A stretch of DNA of 64,000 nt from the NCBI GenBank assembly GCA_947498845.1, contig CANMLX010000022.1, positions 1,452-65,451 of the forward strand. Direction: 5' to 3'. Below are positions 8,856-19,139 of this stretch, piece after piece (within the stretch, counting starts at the first letter, position 1; every line of letters starts with the position of its first letter). The notes under the pieces were generated by a model that saw only the letters and a list, made by a program, of their open reading frames with translations, made no database searches and was not told the DNA's origin. A program made the position numbers and the translations under genes. The stretch comes from an uncultured Flavobacteriaceae bacterium (GTDB lineage Bacteria; Bacteroidota; Bacteroidia; Flavobacteriales; Flavobacteriaceae).

Positions 8856-11615
8856 TTATATCTCTTTTTCAATAAAATCTATATTAGGGTTGCAAATCTC
8901 TTTAATTAATATTGTGAGTTCATTTTCAAAATCTAATAACACATCATCTGTTATTAATGTATATTTACTTCTACTAAATGCACTTTCTTTTTTAGCAAAT
9001 TTCAAAACCCCTGCGTTTAAATTTTTAAAAGAGATAATACCTGCTTCGATAGGTAAAGTTATGGTGTTTGCTTTTTTAAGCATATAGGCGTAGGTTAAAA
9101 TTTGAAAACTTTTACTGTATTTTTTATAATCGCTAGTGATGTCTCCCCAATCAACCACCTCTACTTGATTTTGCTGTACTTTACCTGTTTTATAATCTAT
9201 AATACGTGTTATGCCATTAAATTGATCTATTCTGTCTACCTTACCTTTTAGTTTTACAGGAGTATTTATTTCAGGAATATTGATCACCAATTCACTGTTA
9301 GCTTCAATGGCTATTATCTTTATTTCATGACCTTCTTTTAGGTTCTTAATCTCTAAGTTTATAAAGTTTAAAACATAGCGTTTAGCAATTTCGAAAATAA
9401 TAAGGTTTTTTCCTTTTGTAATATCTCCTTCTTTGAATTCATTTTTAAAATGATGGCGTACGCTTTCTTCAATATTTGGTTTTAAATTTACTATAGAGGA
9501 AGCACTTAAAATAGTACCAACCAGAGGTTTGTATAAATCTTCGAGTGTATTATGAACCACAGTTCCTAACGTATTTGCAGCTATAGTTTCTTCAACAGTA
9601 TTATATTCGCTTATGTTTAAAATTTTTTGATAGTAAAAATCGATTGGGTTTCTTATGTAGTTCGTTAAAGATGAAGGTGACACCCCTTTTTTAACGATTT
9701 TAAGTATATGATCGTGTAACGCTTTCGTTTTTTTTATGATAGTTCGGGATTGTGTAATTTTTGGAACATGAGGCATAATAATTTTATGATCTATATTATG
9801 AATGCCTTCCAAGTCAAGCTGTGTTATAAAACGGCTTTTTTCGCCTCCTGTGAGTACATCTGCCTCTGTGTTATAAAGTATAAATACATGTTTTGCACGT
9901 TGTAATAGCCTATAAAAGTGATACGTATATACAGCATCTTTTTCTTTATAAGTAGGCAGATTGTTTTCTAATTTTACATCGAAGGGGATAAATGAGTTGT
10001 TACTTTTTCCAGAGGGCAATATACCTTCGTTTACAGAAGAAATAATAATGGTTTCAAAATCTAAAACTCTGGATTCTAGCATTCCCATAATTTGCAACCC
10101 TTCTAGCGGTTCTCCTTGAAAATCTAAAGTTTCAGCACTTAATAATTCCTTATATACATGGTAAAGTGTAGAGACATCTTTTAAGTAAGGATACTTATCG
10201 TTTAATCGGGATAATTCATTAAATAATTCATTAAATCGAAACAAATATTCTAATTGTAATAAATTAGAATTCTTATTTAAATTAAAATGCGCTTTTAAAG
10301 CCAGAATTAATTTTGTACAGTTTTTTAAGGCAATTTGAGCCGAGGTATCCCAATTAGAAAACAGGATGTTAACAATGTTGTTCTCTTTATCTCCTGTTAT
10401 GCTTCCTATGCGGTTTTTATCCAGGTAAACAATATTATTTCTATCGATTACGTCTATAATTTTTGATGCATAATCTATAGATTCTAATTGAAATAATGGT
10501 CTAATAAATTGATGTGATAAAATGCTGATAACATCTTTATAGTAAAATGAATTTGAAGCTATTTTATGTAAGTTAAATAAGGCATCAAATAGCGATGCTA
10601 GGGGGATTGATTTTAAAGGAAACCCCATGGTTATATTTAAAGCCTTTATAGTTGTAGGTAATGAATTTAATACTGGGATTAATAAGTTTTCATCACCTAA
10701 AACTACAGCTGTATTTTGTAGAGAAGCATCTTTTTGTTGTAACTCTTTTAAAAGAGCACCAATGTATTTGGCTTGTCCAACATTTTTAGGAATGCCACAT
10801 ACCGAAATATTTTTTTCCTCAGCATAGTTGTTGGTAATCCAGTTAAACGTATTCTTTTTAAAATAGGGCCATTTACTTTTATGTTGTCTGGTAAATAGAC
10901 CAGCATCGTGTAGTTTATTATTTATAAATACGTTGTCTATATCCCAATAGATGCTTGCCAAATCGTTTTGAAGCAGTTCTTGGATAATAACTTCTTCACA
11001 GGTATTTAAAGCATTAAACCCTAAAAAAATATGCTGTGTTTTAGGATTGTTTTGAATATAACTTTCTAGGTTATCAACGGCTTCTCTATAAATTAAACCT
11101 TGATAGCCTATGTTTTCATTTAAAAGGTGTTGAGTGAAATTATCGTAATAGGTTTTAAGCTTTTTCCAAAAGGCTAAATAGTTTTTAACGAATTGGGTTT
11201 TATTATTTTCTAAGGACCAGTGTTTAAGGTCTTGTATAGCACTTAGGTATTCAAAGATGTTTTTTTGAGGAATTAAGTAACGATCAATTTCATTAAAATC
11301 CTGAATTAAAATTTGTGCCCATTTGGTAAACGATTCAAAACTGTCCCTATCTTTCTCTTTGGTGAGTTTACAATAGATGGTATAGAATTCAAAAATAAGA
11401 TGGGTATTGGTGCTATTTTTAAGTTGAGACAGGTCTTCTACAAAGGCTTCTATACTAATAACTTTGGGAGCAAAAATTGTTTGTTTTATAATTGAAGCTA
11501 GTTGGTGTTTTAAGAATACTCCAGCTCTTTTACTTGGAAGAATAAAGGTTAATTCTGAAAAGTTGGCGTTGGTTTTTTGTAGATCTTTTAAAACATCAAA
11601 AATAAAGCTAGTCAT
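8856..11615 (-). CDS. PD-(D/E)XK nuclease family protein, AddB-like
   Basis: 919 aa. C-terminal nuclease motif GKVDRIDQ...RIIDYKTGK. Located near the UvrD-like helicase-nuclease. Confidence 0.7.
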   Translation of the reverse strand: MTSFIFDVLKDLQKTNANFSELTFILPSKRAGVFLKHQLASIIKQTIFAPKVISIEAFVEDLSQLKNSTNTHLIFEFYTIYCKLTKEKDRDSFESFTKWAQILIQDFNEIDRYLIPQKNIFEYLSAIQDLKHWSLENNKTQFVKNYLAFWKKLKTYYDNFTQHLLNENIGYQGLIYREAVDNLESYIQNNPKTQHIFLGFNALNTCEEVIIQELLQNDLASIYWDIDNVFINNKLHDAGLFTRQHKSKWPYFKKNTFNWITNNYAEEKNISVCGIPKNVGQAKYIGALLKELQQKDASLQNTAVVLGDENLLIPVLNSLPTTIKALNITMGFPLKSIPLASLFDALFNLHKIASNSFYYKDVISILSHQFIRPLFQLESIDYASKIIDVIDRNNIVYLDKNRIGSITGDKENNIVNILFSNWDTSAQIALKNCTKLILALKAHFNLNKNSNLLQLEYLFRFNELFNELSRLNDKYPYLKDVSTLYHVYKELLSAETLDFQGEPLEGLQIMGMLESRVLDFETIIISSVNEGILPSGKSNNSFIPFDVKLENNLPTYKEKDAVYTYHFYRLLQRAKHVFILYNTEADVLTGGEKSRFITQLDLEGIHNIDHKIIMPHVPKITQSRTIIKKTKALHDHILKIVKKGVSPSSLTNYIRNPIDFYYQKILNISEYNTVEETIAANTLGTVVHNTLEDLYKPLVGTILSASSIVNLKPNIEESVRHHFKNEFKEGDITKGKNLIIFEIAKRYVLNFINLEIKNLKEGHEIKIIAIEANSELVINIPEINTPVKLKGKVDRIDQFNGITRIIDYKTGKVQQNQVEVVDWGDITSDYKKYSKSFQILTYAYMLKKANTITLPIEAGIISFKNLNAGVLKFAKKESAFSRSKYTLITDDVLLDFENELTILIKEICNPNIDFIEKEI

Positions 11616-11633
11616 ATGCTATAAAAGTAAAAA

Positions 11634-11661
11634 ACGCCTCGGATATCCCGAAGCGTTTTTT
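11634..11661. terminator. bidirectional rho-independent terminator
   Basis: ACGCCTCGG-ATATC-CCGAAGCGT hairpin (one mismatch) with an A-run before and a T-run after. Lies downstream of the ompA-like gene. Confidence 0.65.
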
Positions 11662-11696
11662 GAAAAACTTATTTATGTTTTATGTATGAACTTAGT

Positions 11697-13103
11697 TTAT
11701 TTTACTAAGTTAATTTCAACACGTCTGTTTTGAGCTCTACCAGCTTTAGTTTTGTTAGATGCGATTGGTTTAGACTCTCCATAACCTATAGAAGAAAGTC
11801 TTGATCCGTCAACACCATGACTACCTAAGTAAGACTTAACAGAAGCAGCTCTAGAATCAGATAATCTCTGGTTTAATGCAGCACTACCTACGCTATCTGT
11901 ATGCCCTTCAACTGTAAATCTAGCAGTTGGGTATTCTTTAAGGATTCCAACGATGTCACTTAATACTTGTTCAGACTGAGATTTGATAGTCGATTTACCT
12001 GTATCGAATAAAATCGTCTTAGCATAATCATTTAATTTCTTTTGAACAACATCAGTTACTTCTGGACAACCGTTATTAGCAACAGTTCCTTTAACGTCAG
12101 GACATTGATCATCTTTGTCTAATACACCGTCACCATCTTTGTCTGCCCAAGGACATCCTTTGTTAGCAGCAGGACCAGCTTCGTTAGGACAGCTATCGTC
12201 AGCATCAGTTACACCATCACCATCAGCATCTGGACAACCAGATAACGCTTTTAAACCAGCAACGTTAGGACATCTATCGTTTTTATCAGCGATACCATCA
12301 CCATCAGAATCTGGACAACCGTTAAATTCTGCAGTTCCAGCAACTTCAGGACAATCGTCTTTACTATCTTCTATACCATCACCGTCTGTATCAGGACATC
12401 CGTTGAATTCTTTTAAACCAGCAACATCTGGACAAGCATCGTCTTTATCGAAGATACCATCACCATCGATATCAGATCCACCAAATCTTATAGAAAGACC
12501 AGCTGAATGTTGGAAATGTGTACTTAAATATTCTTCGAAAGCATGCTTGTATGATGTTTGAACAGTTAAACCTAAGTTATCGTTAAACCATACGTTGAAA
12601 CCTAAAGTACCATTAACTGTACCAGCTCCAATATCATTAATCCAAGTGTAACCACCTCCAACACCTACAAAAGGATCGAAAGTTTTCCACTCTAATTTTT
12701 CACCAATTCCGTACTTAACTGTACCATCAACACCGTAGTATGATAAATCGTCAACTTCAAGAGTTTGCTCTGGATCACTTCCAGGAACATCACCCCATTT
12801 GTCAATTCTATTTAAAGATCCAGTTACTCCAAAAGAGAATCCCTCACCTACGTACCTTGATACACTAAGAGTAGATAAAGAAGGCAAAATATTCCAGTGA
12901 TCTTCTACATTAAAGTATTCTTCAAAAATAGTCTCACTAAATTGTATTCCATTTTGTAGACCGTCTCCAGATGGGTAACCATCGACAGCATTTACACCAA
13001 TGCTAATTTGCCATGGGTTGTTTTTGTCTTGCGCGTTTACGTTGCTAAAAACAAGAATAAGCAACATAGCGGACAATAATCGGCTAAGATTTTTCATATT
13101 CAA
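11697..13103 (-). CDS. OmpA-family outer membrane protein with thrombospondin type-3 repeats
   Basis: 468 aa with a signal peptide and N-terminal beta-barrel region. Repeated DxDxDGxxDxxDxCP calcium-binding units and a C-terminal OmpA/MotB domain ([11 protein letters not shown]...NRRVEI). Confidence 0.9.
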   Translation of the reverse strand: MNMKNLSRLLSAMLLILVFSNVNAQDKNNPWQISIGVNAVDGYPSGDGLQNGIQFSETIFEEYFNVEDHWNILPSLSTLSVSRYVGEGFSFGVTGSLNRIDKWGDVPGSDPEQTLEVDDLSYYGVDGTVKYGIGEKLEWKTFDPFVGVGGGYTWINDIGAGTVNGTLGFNVWFNDNLGLTVQTSYKHAFEEYLSTHFQHSAGLSIRFGGSDIDGDGIFDKDDACPDVAGLKEFNGCPDTDGDGIEDSKDDCPEVAGTAEFNGCPDSDGDGIADKNDRCPNVAGLKALSGCPDADGDGVTDADDSCPNEAGPAANKGCPWADKDGDGVLDKDDQCPDVKGTVANNGCPEVTDVVQKKLNDYAKTILFDTGKSTIKSQSEQVLSDIVGILKEYPTARFTVEGHTDSVGSAALNQRLSDSRAASVKSYLGSHGVDGSRLSSIGYGESKPIASNKTKAGRAQNRRVEINLVK

Positions 13104-13257
13104 AAAGTTTAATTTTTAAGTGTTAATTAAGAACAAATGTAAGTTGTTAAATGTTATTAACAAAGACAAATATATAAAAAAAATGTAGACAACCTTGAAT
13201 TGTGATTATTTTCAGAGTTAATATAAAAAAGGTTTATTCTTAATTATACAATCAATT

Positions 13258-16200
13258 TCAATAGCTTTTTATGTCTATATTTTCATTAATGTACACAAGA
13301 ATTTTCTCTTTAACAAAATACCCCATTTCTTTGATTATGGTTTCATAACGATCTAGTTGGTTAACATATTTAATGTTTTCACTTCCTGTTTTATAGTCTA
13401 TAATCACTATTTTATCGTTAGGCATTTTAATAATTCTGTCTGGTCTAATGGTATTACCCTCTTTAGTGAGTATATCTAATTCATTATAAATAATAGTATC
13501 GGAATTAAAATAATTTTTAAGTTTTGGGTGTTCAACTATATCTAAAATTAATGCTTTTAATATAGTCGATTGTTCGTTGGTAATTAATGCGGTATTTACA
13601 AAATTACCCAAAACAATATCTATATCATCTAATAGTTTTATTTGAGCCATTATGGCATGTATTAAATTTCCTTTTTCAAGCGCTTTTTCTTGATTTGTAT
13701 CCCATAAATATCCCGATTTTGTAACTACTTTAATATTATGCTGGGTTTTATCGTTGGATATAAACTCTTTTTGTTTAAAACTCTCAGTATTAAATTCTTT
13801 AGTTTGAGATGCTTTATCTGGTGTTCCAAAAGAATATTTTAATTGTGAATTATTCCATTGGTTTAAATGTTCTAAGTATTTAATAAGTAATTCGGAATAT
13901 CTCTTAGGATTTCCTTTTGAGGGCTTTTCTTTTTTTGAAATAACGTATAACTGTTCAACAGGACGTGTAAGGGCTACATATAACAAATTTATATTATCTA
14001 ACTCTTGTTGAGATTTGTGCCTGTTGAATATGGTTTTGCCTTCTTCTCCATAATATTCAAAATCTTTGTTATAATTTAAGAGTGTATGTGAGAAACCAGC
14101 ATGTTTTTTGGTATTTAGGGCAATCCATTCTTTAGGTTCTAGTTCGCTGTAAATATCTAAATCGGCATAAGGAAAAATCACAACAGGAAATTCTAAGCCT
14201 TTAGATTTGTGTATGGTCATAATTTGGACTGCATTTTGACCTTTTGGTGAAATAATACTAAAAATGTCCTTTTTTGTCTCATAGTATTTTAAAAATCCTG
14301 AAATATCCGAGCCTTTCTTCTGTGAAAAATCCAGAACAATATCCAAATAAAACTGGATGTAGGCATTAGGCTTTTTAATTAAATTAAAACTCCTAAAAAG
14401 GGTTTCAACCAAATCATATAAAGACAGCTCTAACAAGGTATCAGGATTCACAATAACACCATATGTTTCAAAACTATAAAAAAGTTTATCTAATGGTAAG
14501 TTGATATGCTTTATAAAGAAATCATGGGTGTCTTCGATGTTAAAGGCTAAGCTTAAATAGTCTAGGATTTTAATTTTTAGCTCATTGTTTTTTGGCTGCG
14601 TTATAAAAGATAATAGATGGTTAATAAATCTAACTTCTGGAGCATTATCTATAAGTAAAGTTTCAGAAGATATAATTGGGATATCATGTTCGCTTAAATA
14701 GTTAGCAATAGCAATGCCTTCTTTTTTCTTCCTAACCAAAACACAAATAGCACCATAATGGTATCCTTTTTCTAAGCAATAATTAATAGTCTCCAGAACG
14801 CTTTGGGAGAAAAAGGCATCTCTATCATCGTCTTTTCCTATATCTAAAAAAGACAGCTCAACATAACCCGTGTTTTCCTTAGTGATGTTTTGGAATGCAT
14901 TTTCGTAGAGGTTTTTATAAGCTTCGTTATTAAAAACAGTACGGGCTAAAAACTTAAAAAACCCATTATTAAAATGTACTATTTCTTTAAAACTTCTATA
15001 ATTGTCTGGAAGGCTTTTAACTGTTTTATCAATAAAAAACGGATTCGTTGTATTGAATAGGTCAATAAATTGCTCGGCTTTACCACCACGCCATCTATAA
15101 ATCGCTTGTTTAGCATCTCCTACTAACATGGCGCGACCTGTTTCTGTGGATAGTGAGTTTCCTAATAAAGGAATTAAATTCTCCCATTGCATTACAGAAG
15201 TGTCCTGAAACTCATCAATAAAATAATGTCTAAATTTTTCACCAATACGCTCGTATATAAAAGGTGTTGGTTGATCTTTTATTTCTTTGCTTATAATGGC
15301 ATTAAATTCTGAAATCAAGAGTTTGTTTTGATCTTCTTTAAGTAATTTCAATTCATTATTAATAGCATTCAAAACAGATAGTGGCGTACTATTTTTATAT
15401 AGATTTTTGAGAAATTTAAGCCTAAATACAGCCGCTTTGGTAGCAGAAAAAACATTAGCAATTTTAGGTTGGATTTGCTCAATTATTGAAGCAACACTAT
15501 CTGGCACCCGTTTAGGGTATAGTGTATTACCGTTAAGTAAGTCCATTTGCCAATTAGTATCGAAACTAACATCAAATTTTTTATTACTAAGGCTATTAAA
15601 GTGCTTAGGCAAAGAGCCTCTTGAAAAATCATCATGTTCTATGTTGGATATTTCTATTAAACTAAGAATAGCTTGAGCACTCTCAACAATAGAGGTTTCT
15701 AAAACGGCTATTTCGTTTTTTGCCTGCGTTTTTAGTTCCTTAAAGTCTTGTGGTGATTTATCGGCTAATGTTTCAATGAATACAAGATCATTTTCATTAA
15801 CCAAAAGTTTGGCAATTTTATTAAAGTCAAAAGAAATATCCCAACTCTTATCATCATCAGCTTTTTCTAAAGCAAAATCTACTAAAACTTCGGTGAGTAG
15901 CTCGTCTGTTCCTGCTTTAGTAATTAAATTATCTACAGCTTGATGTAGTAAAAGCTCTTGATCTAATTCAACTTCAAAGTTTAAAGGCAGTTTAAGGTCG
16001 TAGGCAAATGTGCGAATTAATTTATGCGTAAAACCATCAATAGTAGAAATATCAAAGGCAGCATAATTATGAATAATCGTATTAAGCAGTGTTTTAGATT
16101 TTAAATGTAGGTTTTTGGGCAGTAAGTCCAATTCTTCACAAATGGCTTCAAACATGGGGTCTGATGCCTCTAAAATTGAAGCATCCGAAAACGTTTTGAG

Positions 16201-16386
16201 CGTATGTATAATACGCTCTTTCATTTCTCCAACAGCTTTATTGGTAAAAGTAATAGCTAGTATATGCCTAAACTCCAGAGGTTTATTAGAGCCCAATAAA
16301 ATCTTTAGATATGCTTTTACAAGCGTATAGGTTTTTCCACTTCCAGCAGAGGCATTGTATACCGTTAAACCATGACTTGTTTGCAT
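13258..16386 (-). CDS. UvrD/Rep-type helicase with C-terminal PD-(D/E)XK nuclease, AddA-like
   Basis: 1042 aa. Walker A ASAGSGKTYTL, motif FIDEFQDTS, C-terminal RPDRII...VIIDYKTG nuclease motif. Confidence 0.85.
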   Translation of the reverse strand: MQTSHGLTVYNASAGSGKTYTLVKAYLKILLGSNKPLEFRHILAITFTNKAVGEMKERIIHTLKTFSDASILEASDPMFEAICEELDLLPKNLHLKSKTLLNTIIHNYAAFDISTIDGFTHKLIRTFAYDLKLPLNFEVELDQELLLHQAVDNLITKAGTDELLTEVLVDFALEKADDDKSWDISFDFNKIAKLLVNENDLVFIETLADKSPQDFKELKTQAKNEIAVLETSIVESAQAILSLIEISNIEHDDFSRGSLPKHFNSLSNKKFDVSFDTNWQMDLLNGNTLYPKRVPDSVASIIEQIQPKIANVFSATKAAVFRLKFLKNLYKNSTPLSVLNAINNELKLLKEDQNKLLISEFNAIISKEIKDQPTPFIYERIGEKFRHYFIDEFQDTSVMQWENLIPLLGNSLSTETGRAMLVGDAKQAIYRWRGGKAEQFIDLFNTTNPFFIDKTVKSLPDNYRSFKEIVHFNNGFFKFLARTVFNNEAYKNLYENAFQNITKENTGYVELSFLDIGKDDDRDAFFSQSVLETINYCLEKGYHYGAICVLVRKKKEGIAIANYLSEHDIPIISSETLLIDNAPEVRFINHLLSFITQPKNNELKIKILDYLSLAFNIEDTHDFFIKHINLPLDKLFYSFETYGVIVNPDTLLELSLYDLVETLFRSFNLIKKPNAYIQFYLDIVLDFSQKKGSDISGFLKYYETKKDIFSIISPKGQNAVQIMTIHKSKGLEFPVVIFPYADLDIYSELEPKEWIALNTKKHAGFSHTLLNYNKDFEYYGEEGKTIFNRHKSQQELDNINLLYVALTRPVEQLYVISKKEKPSKGNPKRYSELLIKYLEHLNQWNNSQLKYSFGTPDKASQTKEFNTESFKQKEFISNDKTQHNIKVVTKSGYLWDTNQEKALEKGNLIHAIMAQIKLLDDIDIVLGNFVNTALITNEQSTILKALILDIVEHPKLKNYFNSDTIIYNELDILTKEGNTIRPDRIIKMPNDKIVIIDYKTGSENIKYVNQLDRYETIIKEMGYFVKEKILVYINENIDIKSY

Positions 16387-16465
16387 TTATTATAATTTGA
16401 AGACAAGATAAAAACTATCAATGATATGATAATGATTTATTATTTTTAATTAAAGGTATTATATG

Positions 16466-16473
16466 TAAATTTG
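16466..16473 (+). promoter_or_regulatory. Bacteroidota -7 promoter box (TAAATTTG)
   Basis: Matches TAnnTTTG, 34 nt upstream of the sod ATG. Confidence 0.4.
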
Positions 16474-16507
16474 AAGAAACATTTTTTAATCTATTAAAAC
16501 AAAAATT

Positions 16508-17116
16508 ATGGCTTTCGAATTACCTAAATTAGGATATGCTTACGATGCTTTAGAACCTCATATTGATGCTAGAACTATGGAAATACACCATTCTAAGCAC
16601 CACCAAGGCTATACAAACAAGTTAAATGCTGCAATTGAAGGAACAGATTTAGAAGGAAAATCTATAGAAGATATTTTAACAAATTTAGATATGGATAATG
16701 CTGGTGTAAGAAATAATGGTGGTGGGTTCTATAACCACTCATTGTTTTGGGAAGTGATGAATCCAGAAGGAAAGGGCTATTTGTCTGGAGAATTAAAGGA
16801 CGCTATCGAAGCTGCTTACGGAGATGTAGATGCCTTTAAAGATGCTTTTGCTAAGGCTGCTGCAACACGTTTTGGTTCTGGTTGGGCTTGGTTATGTGTG
16901 CATAAAGGAGGTAAAGTAGAAGTATGTTCTTCTCCAAATCAAGACAATCCATTAATGCCAGGTGTTGGTTGTGGTGGCACACCTATTTTAGGTATAGATG
17001 TATGGGAACATGCGTATTACTTAAATTATCAAAACAGACGTCCAGATTATATCCAAGCATTTTTTAATGTTGTAAACTGGAACGAAGTTGAAAAACGTTA
17101 TGCAGAAGCTAAGTAA
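16508..17116 (+). CDS. Fe/Mn superoxide dismutase
   Basis: 202 aa. [32 protein letters not shown] and the DVWEHAYYL signature. Confidence 0.95.
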   Translation: MAFELPKLGYAYDALEPHIDARTMEIHHSKHHQGYTNKLNAAIEGTDLEGKSIEDILTNLDMDNAGVRNNGGGFYNHSLFWEVMNPEGKGYLSGELKDAIEAAYGDVDAFKDAFAKAAATRFGSGWAWLCVHKGGKVEVCSSPNQDNPLMPGVGCGGTPILGIDVWEHAYYLNYQNRRPDYIQAFFNVVNWNEVEKRYAEAK

Positions 17117-17142
17117 GACGAACATACATATTCAAAAAAATT

Positions 17143-17173
17143 AAGGTAGTAATTTAAAATTGCTACCTTTTTT
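17143..17173 (+). terminator. rho-independent terminator after sod
   Basis: AAGGTAGTAA-loop-TTGCTACCTT hairpin followed by a T-run. Confidence 0.65.
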
Positions 17174-17193
17174 ATTTTTAAAGCGTTTACCAA

Positions 17194-18105
17194 ATGATTT
17201 ATAAATTACCTTTTTTAGTCCTTTTTGTGTTTAGTATTGGAGCAGCGCAACAACAGTCTAATACAAGTATTATAAAAAAGCATTTAAAGGCCATAACTAA
17301 AACAACTACGTATAGAAATCACTTAAACACTGCTCAATTAAATAAAACAGCAGACTATATTAAAAGTGAATTTATAAAATACACCAAAGAAGTATCGTTT
17401 CAAGAGTTTAAAGTTGAAGGGAAAACGTATAAAAATGTGATTGCATCCTTTGGTACAGAACATAAAAAGAGCATCATTGTAGGAGCACATTATGATGTTT
17501 GTGGCGATCAAGAAGGGGCAGATGATAATGCTAGTGGTGTTGTGGGATTATTAGAATTATCAAGACTATTAAAAGGAATTAAACTTAATTATAGAATTGA
17601 TTTGGTAGCCTATTCCCTTGAAGAACCACCATATTTTAGAACCGAAAACATGGGGAGCTACATCCATGCTAAACATTTAGTTGATCATAAGGTTGACGTT
17701 TACGGCATGGTAAGTTTAGAGATGATAGGTTATTTTTCAAATAAAGAACAATCTCAGTTATATCCAGATCCCAGATTAGGTTTGCTCTACGGAAATAAAG
17801 GCGACTTTATTACGGTTGTAAATAAGTCGGGTAAAAAACAATTTGCAACAGATTTTAGTAATGCATTTAAAAGAAGTGCGCCTATTAAAACCGTTGTTTT
17901 TGAAAGCGACCCCAGTAAACAACCCATAGATTTTTCAGATCATTTAAACTATTGGGAATTTGGCTTTAGTGCAGTCATGATTACAGACACCGCTTTTTTA
18001 AGAAACAAGAATTACCACAAAAAAACAGATACTATGGAAACTTTAGATTTACAGTCTATGTCTAAAGTAATAGATGGCGTATTTAAGGTGCTTGTTAGCA
18101 TTTAA
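17194..18105 (+). CDS. M28-family zinc aminopeptidase (secreted)
   Basis: 303 aa with a signal peptide. Metal-ligand regions GAHYD and ADDNASG, then a downstream LEEP motif. Confidence 0.8.
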   Translation: MIYKLPFLVLFVFSIGAAQQQSNTSIIKKHLKAITKTTTYRNHLNTAQLNKTADYIKSEFIKYTKEVSFQEFKVEGKTYKNVIASFGTEHKKSIIVGAHYDVCGDQEGADDNASGVVGLLELSRLLKGIKLNYRIDLVAYSLEEPPYFRTENMGSYIHAKHLVDHKVDVYGMVSLEMIGYFSNKEQSQLYPDPRLGLLYGNKGDFITVVNKSGKKQFATDFSNAFKRSAPIKTVVFESDPSKQPIDFSDHLNYWEFGFSAVMITDTAFLRNKNYHKKTDTMETLDLQSMSKVIDGVFKVLVSI

Positions 18106-18214
18106 ACCAATTACCATCTATAATACTCTAAATTTCAAATCATAGAATATTATTTTTTCGGCAAGGAGTTTGATACAGTTAAATCATGCTCTTTTAAACA
18201 GAATTTTGTCAATC

Positions 18215-19132
18215 ATGAAAAAATACTATTCCATTTCCATTCCAAAGCCATGCCATGAAAATTGGGATGCCATGTCTCCAAAAGAAAAAGGTAAGTTTTG
18301 TACATCGTGTTCTAAAACAGTTATCGATTTTACTAAAATGAATACGTATGAAATACAAGACTTTATTTCGGAAAATAAGAACAGTAACATTTGCGGGCAC
18401 TTTAAACAAACACAATTAGACAGTATTAATTTACATGTACCAGCGAAAATTTTAGAACAACAACAAAGTTTTCACAGGCTATTTTTATTGGTGTTACTAA
18501 TTGTTATGGGTACAACATTGATGAACTGTACCAATACACAAGGCAATAAACAGAAAATAGATAGTGTTGAGGTTATTGACACGTTAAACTGTAATAAAAC
18601 GATAAGCATTTTAGACAGTCTTCCACGCCCTGTTATAGAAAAAAAAGACACCGTAATAAAAAAGGTTTGTAAACCAAAAATTAAAAAACCAATAGCCCCA
18701 GAAGAATTAATTGATGGTATGATAGAAATTGAGACTCTTGGAGAAATAGCTGTAATTGAACCACCAGATGAAGATATTGTAATGGGATTTATTAGTGTAG
18801 ATGCGCCAGCAGAATTTAAAAACACACCACCAACGTTATCTATTAAAGAGAAAAGAACTTATTTTCAAAAAGAAATACAGAAGGTAGTAACCCATAATTT
18901 TAAACCTAATGTTGATCTAGGTTTAACAGGAAAGCAGAGGGTTAATACCCAATTTAAAATTAACAAAGAAGGACATATTGTTGATATTAAAGTTAGGGCA
19001 CCTCATCCTAAATTAGAAAAAGAAGCCATTCGGGTTATTAAGCTTCTACCCCAATTTATCCCTGCTAAGCAAAGAGGAAACCCTGTAACTATGGTTTACA
19101 ATTTACCAATCGTTTTTCAAATAGAAGAATAA
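18215..19132 (+). CDS. TonB C-terminal-domain protein with N-terminal Cys-rich (zinc-ribbon-like) segment
   Basis: CHENWDAMSPKEKGKFCTSCSKTVIDFT, one TM, and a C-terminal TonB-like domain (...QRGNPVTMVYNLPIVFQ). I prefer the ATG at 18215 (MKKYYS) over the track start 18170. Confidence 0.7.
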   Translation: MKKYYSISIPKPCHENWDAMSPKEKGKFCTSCSKTVIDFTKMNTYEIQDFISENKNSNICGHFKQTQLDSINLHVPAKILEQQQSFHRLFLLVLLIVMGTTLMNCTNTQGNKQKIDSVEVIDTLNCNKTISILDSLPRPVIEKKDTVIKKVCKPKIKKPIAPEELIDGMIEIETLGEIAVIEPPDEDIVMGFISVDAPAEFKNTPPTLSIKEKRTYFQKEIQKVVTHNFKPNVDLGLTGKQRVNTQFKINKEGHIVDIKVRAPHPKLEKEAIRVIKLLPQFIPAKQRGNPVTMVYNLPIVFQIEE

Positions 19133-19139
19133 TAAAAAC

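Noticed and set aside
12115-12561. 148-aa plus-strand ORF (Ser/Pro/Gly-rich) inside the ompA-like gene
   Set aside because: It is antisense to the thrombospondin type-3 repeat region. The repeated GAT/GGT/TGT codons leave the opposite strand open by chance, and the product is low-complexity. The minus-strand OmpA model explains the region.
8856-16386. AddB-like and AddA-like nuclease/helicase genes separated by an OmpA-family gene, considered as an unusual split operon
   Set aside because: All three are co-oriented core genes with their own terminator and promoter regions, with no sign of insertion (no repeats or composition shift). I cannot show that the arrangement is atypical without comparative data.
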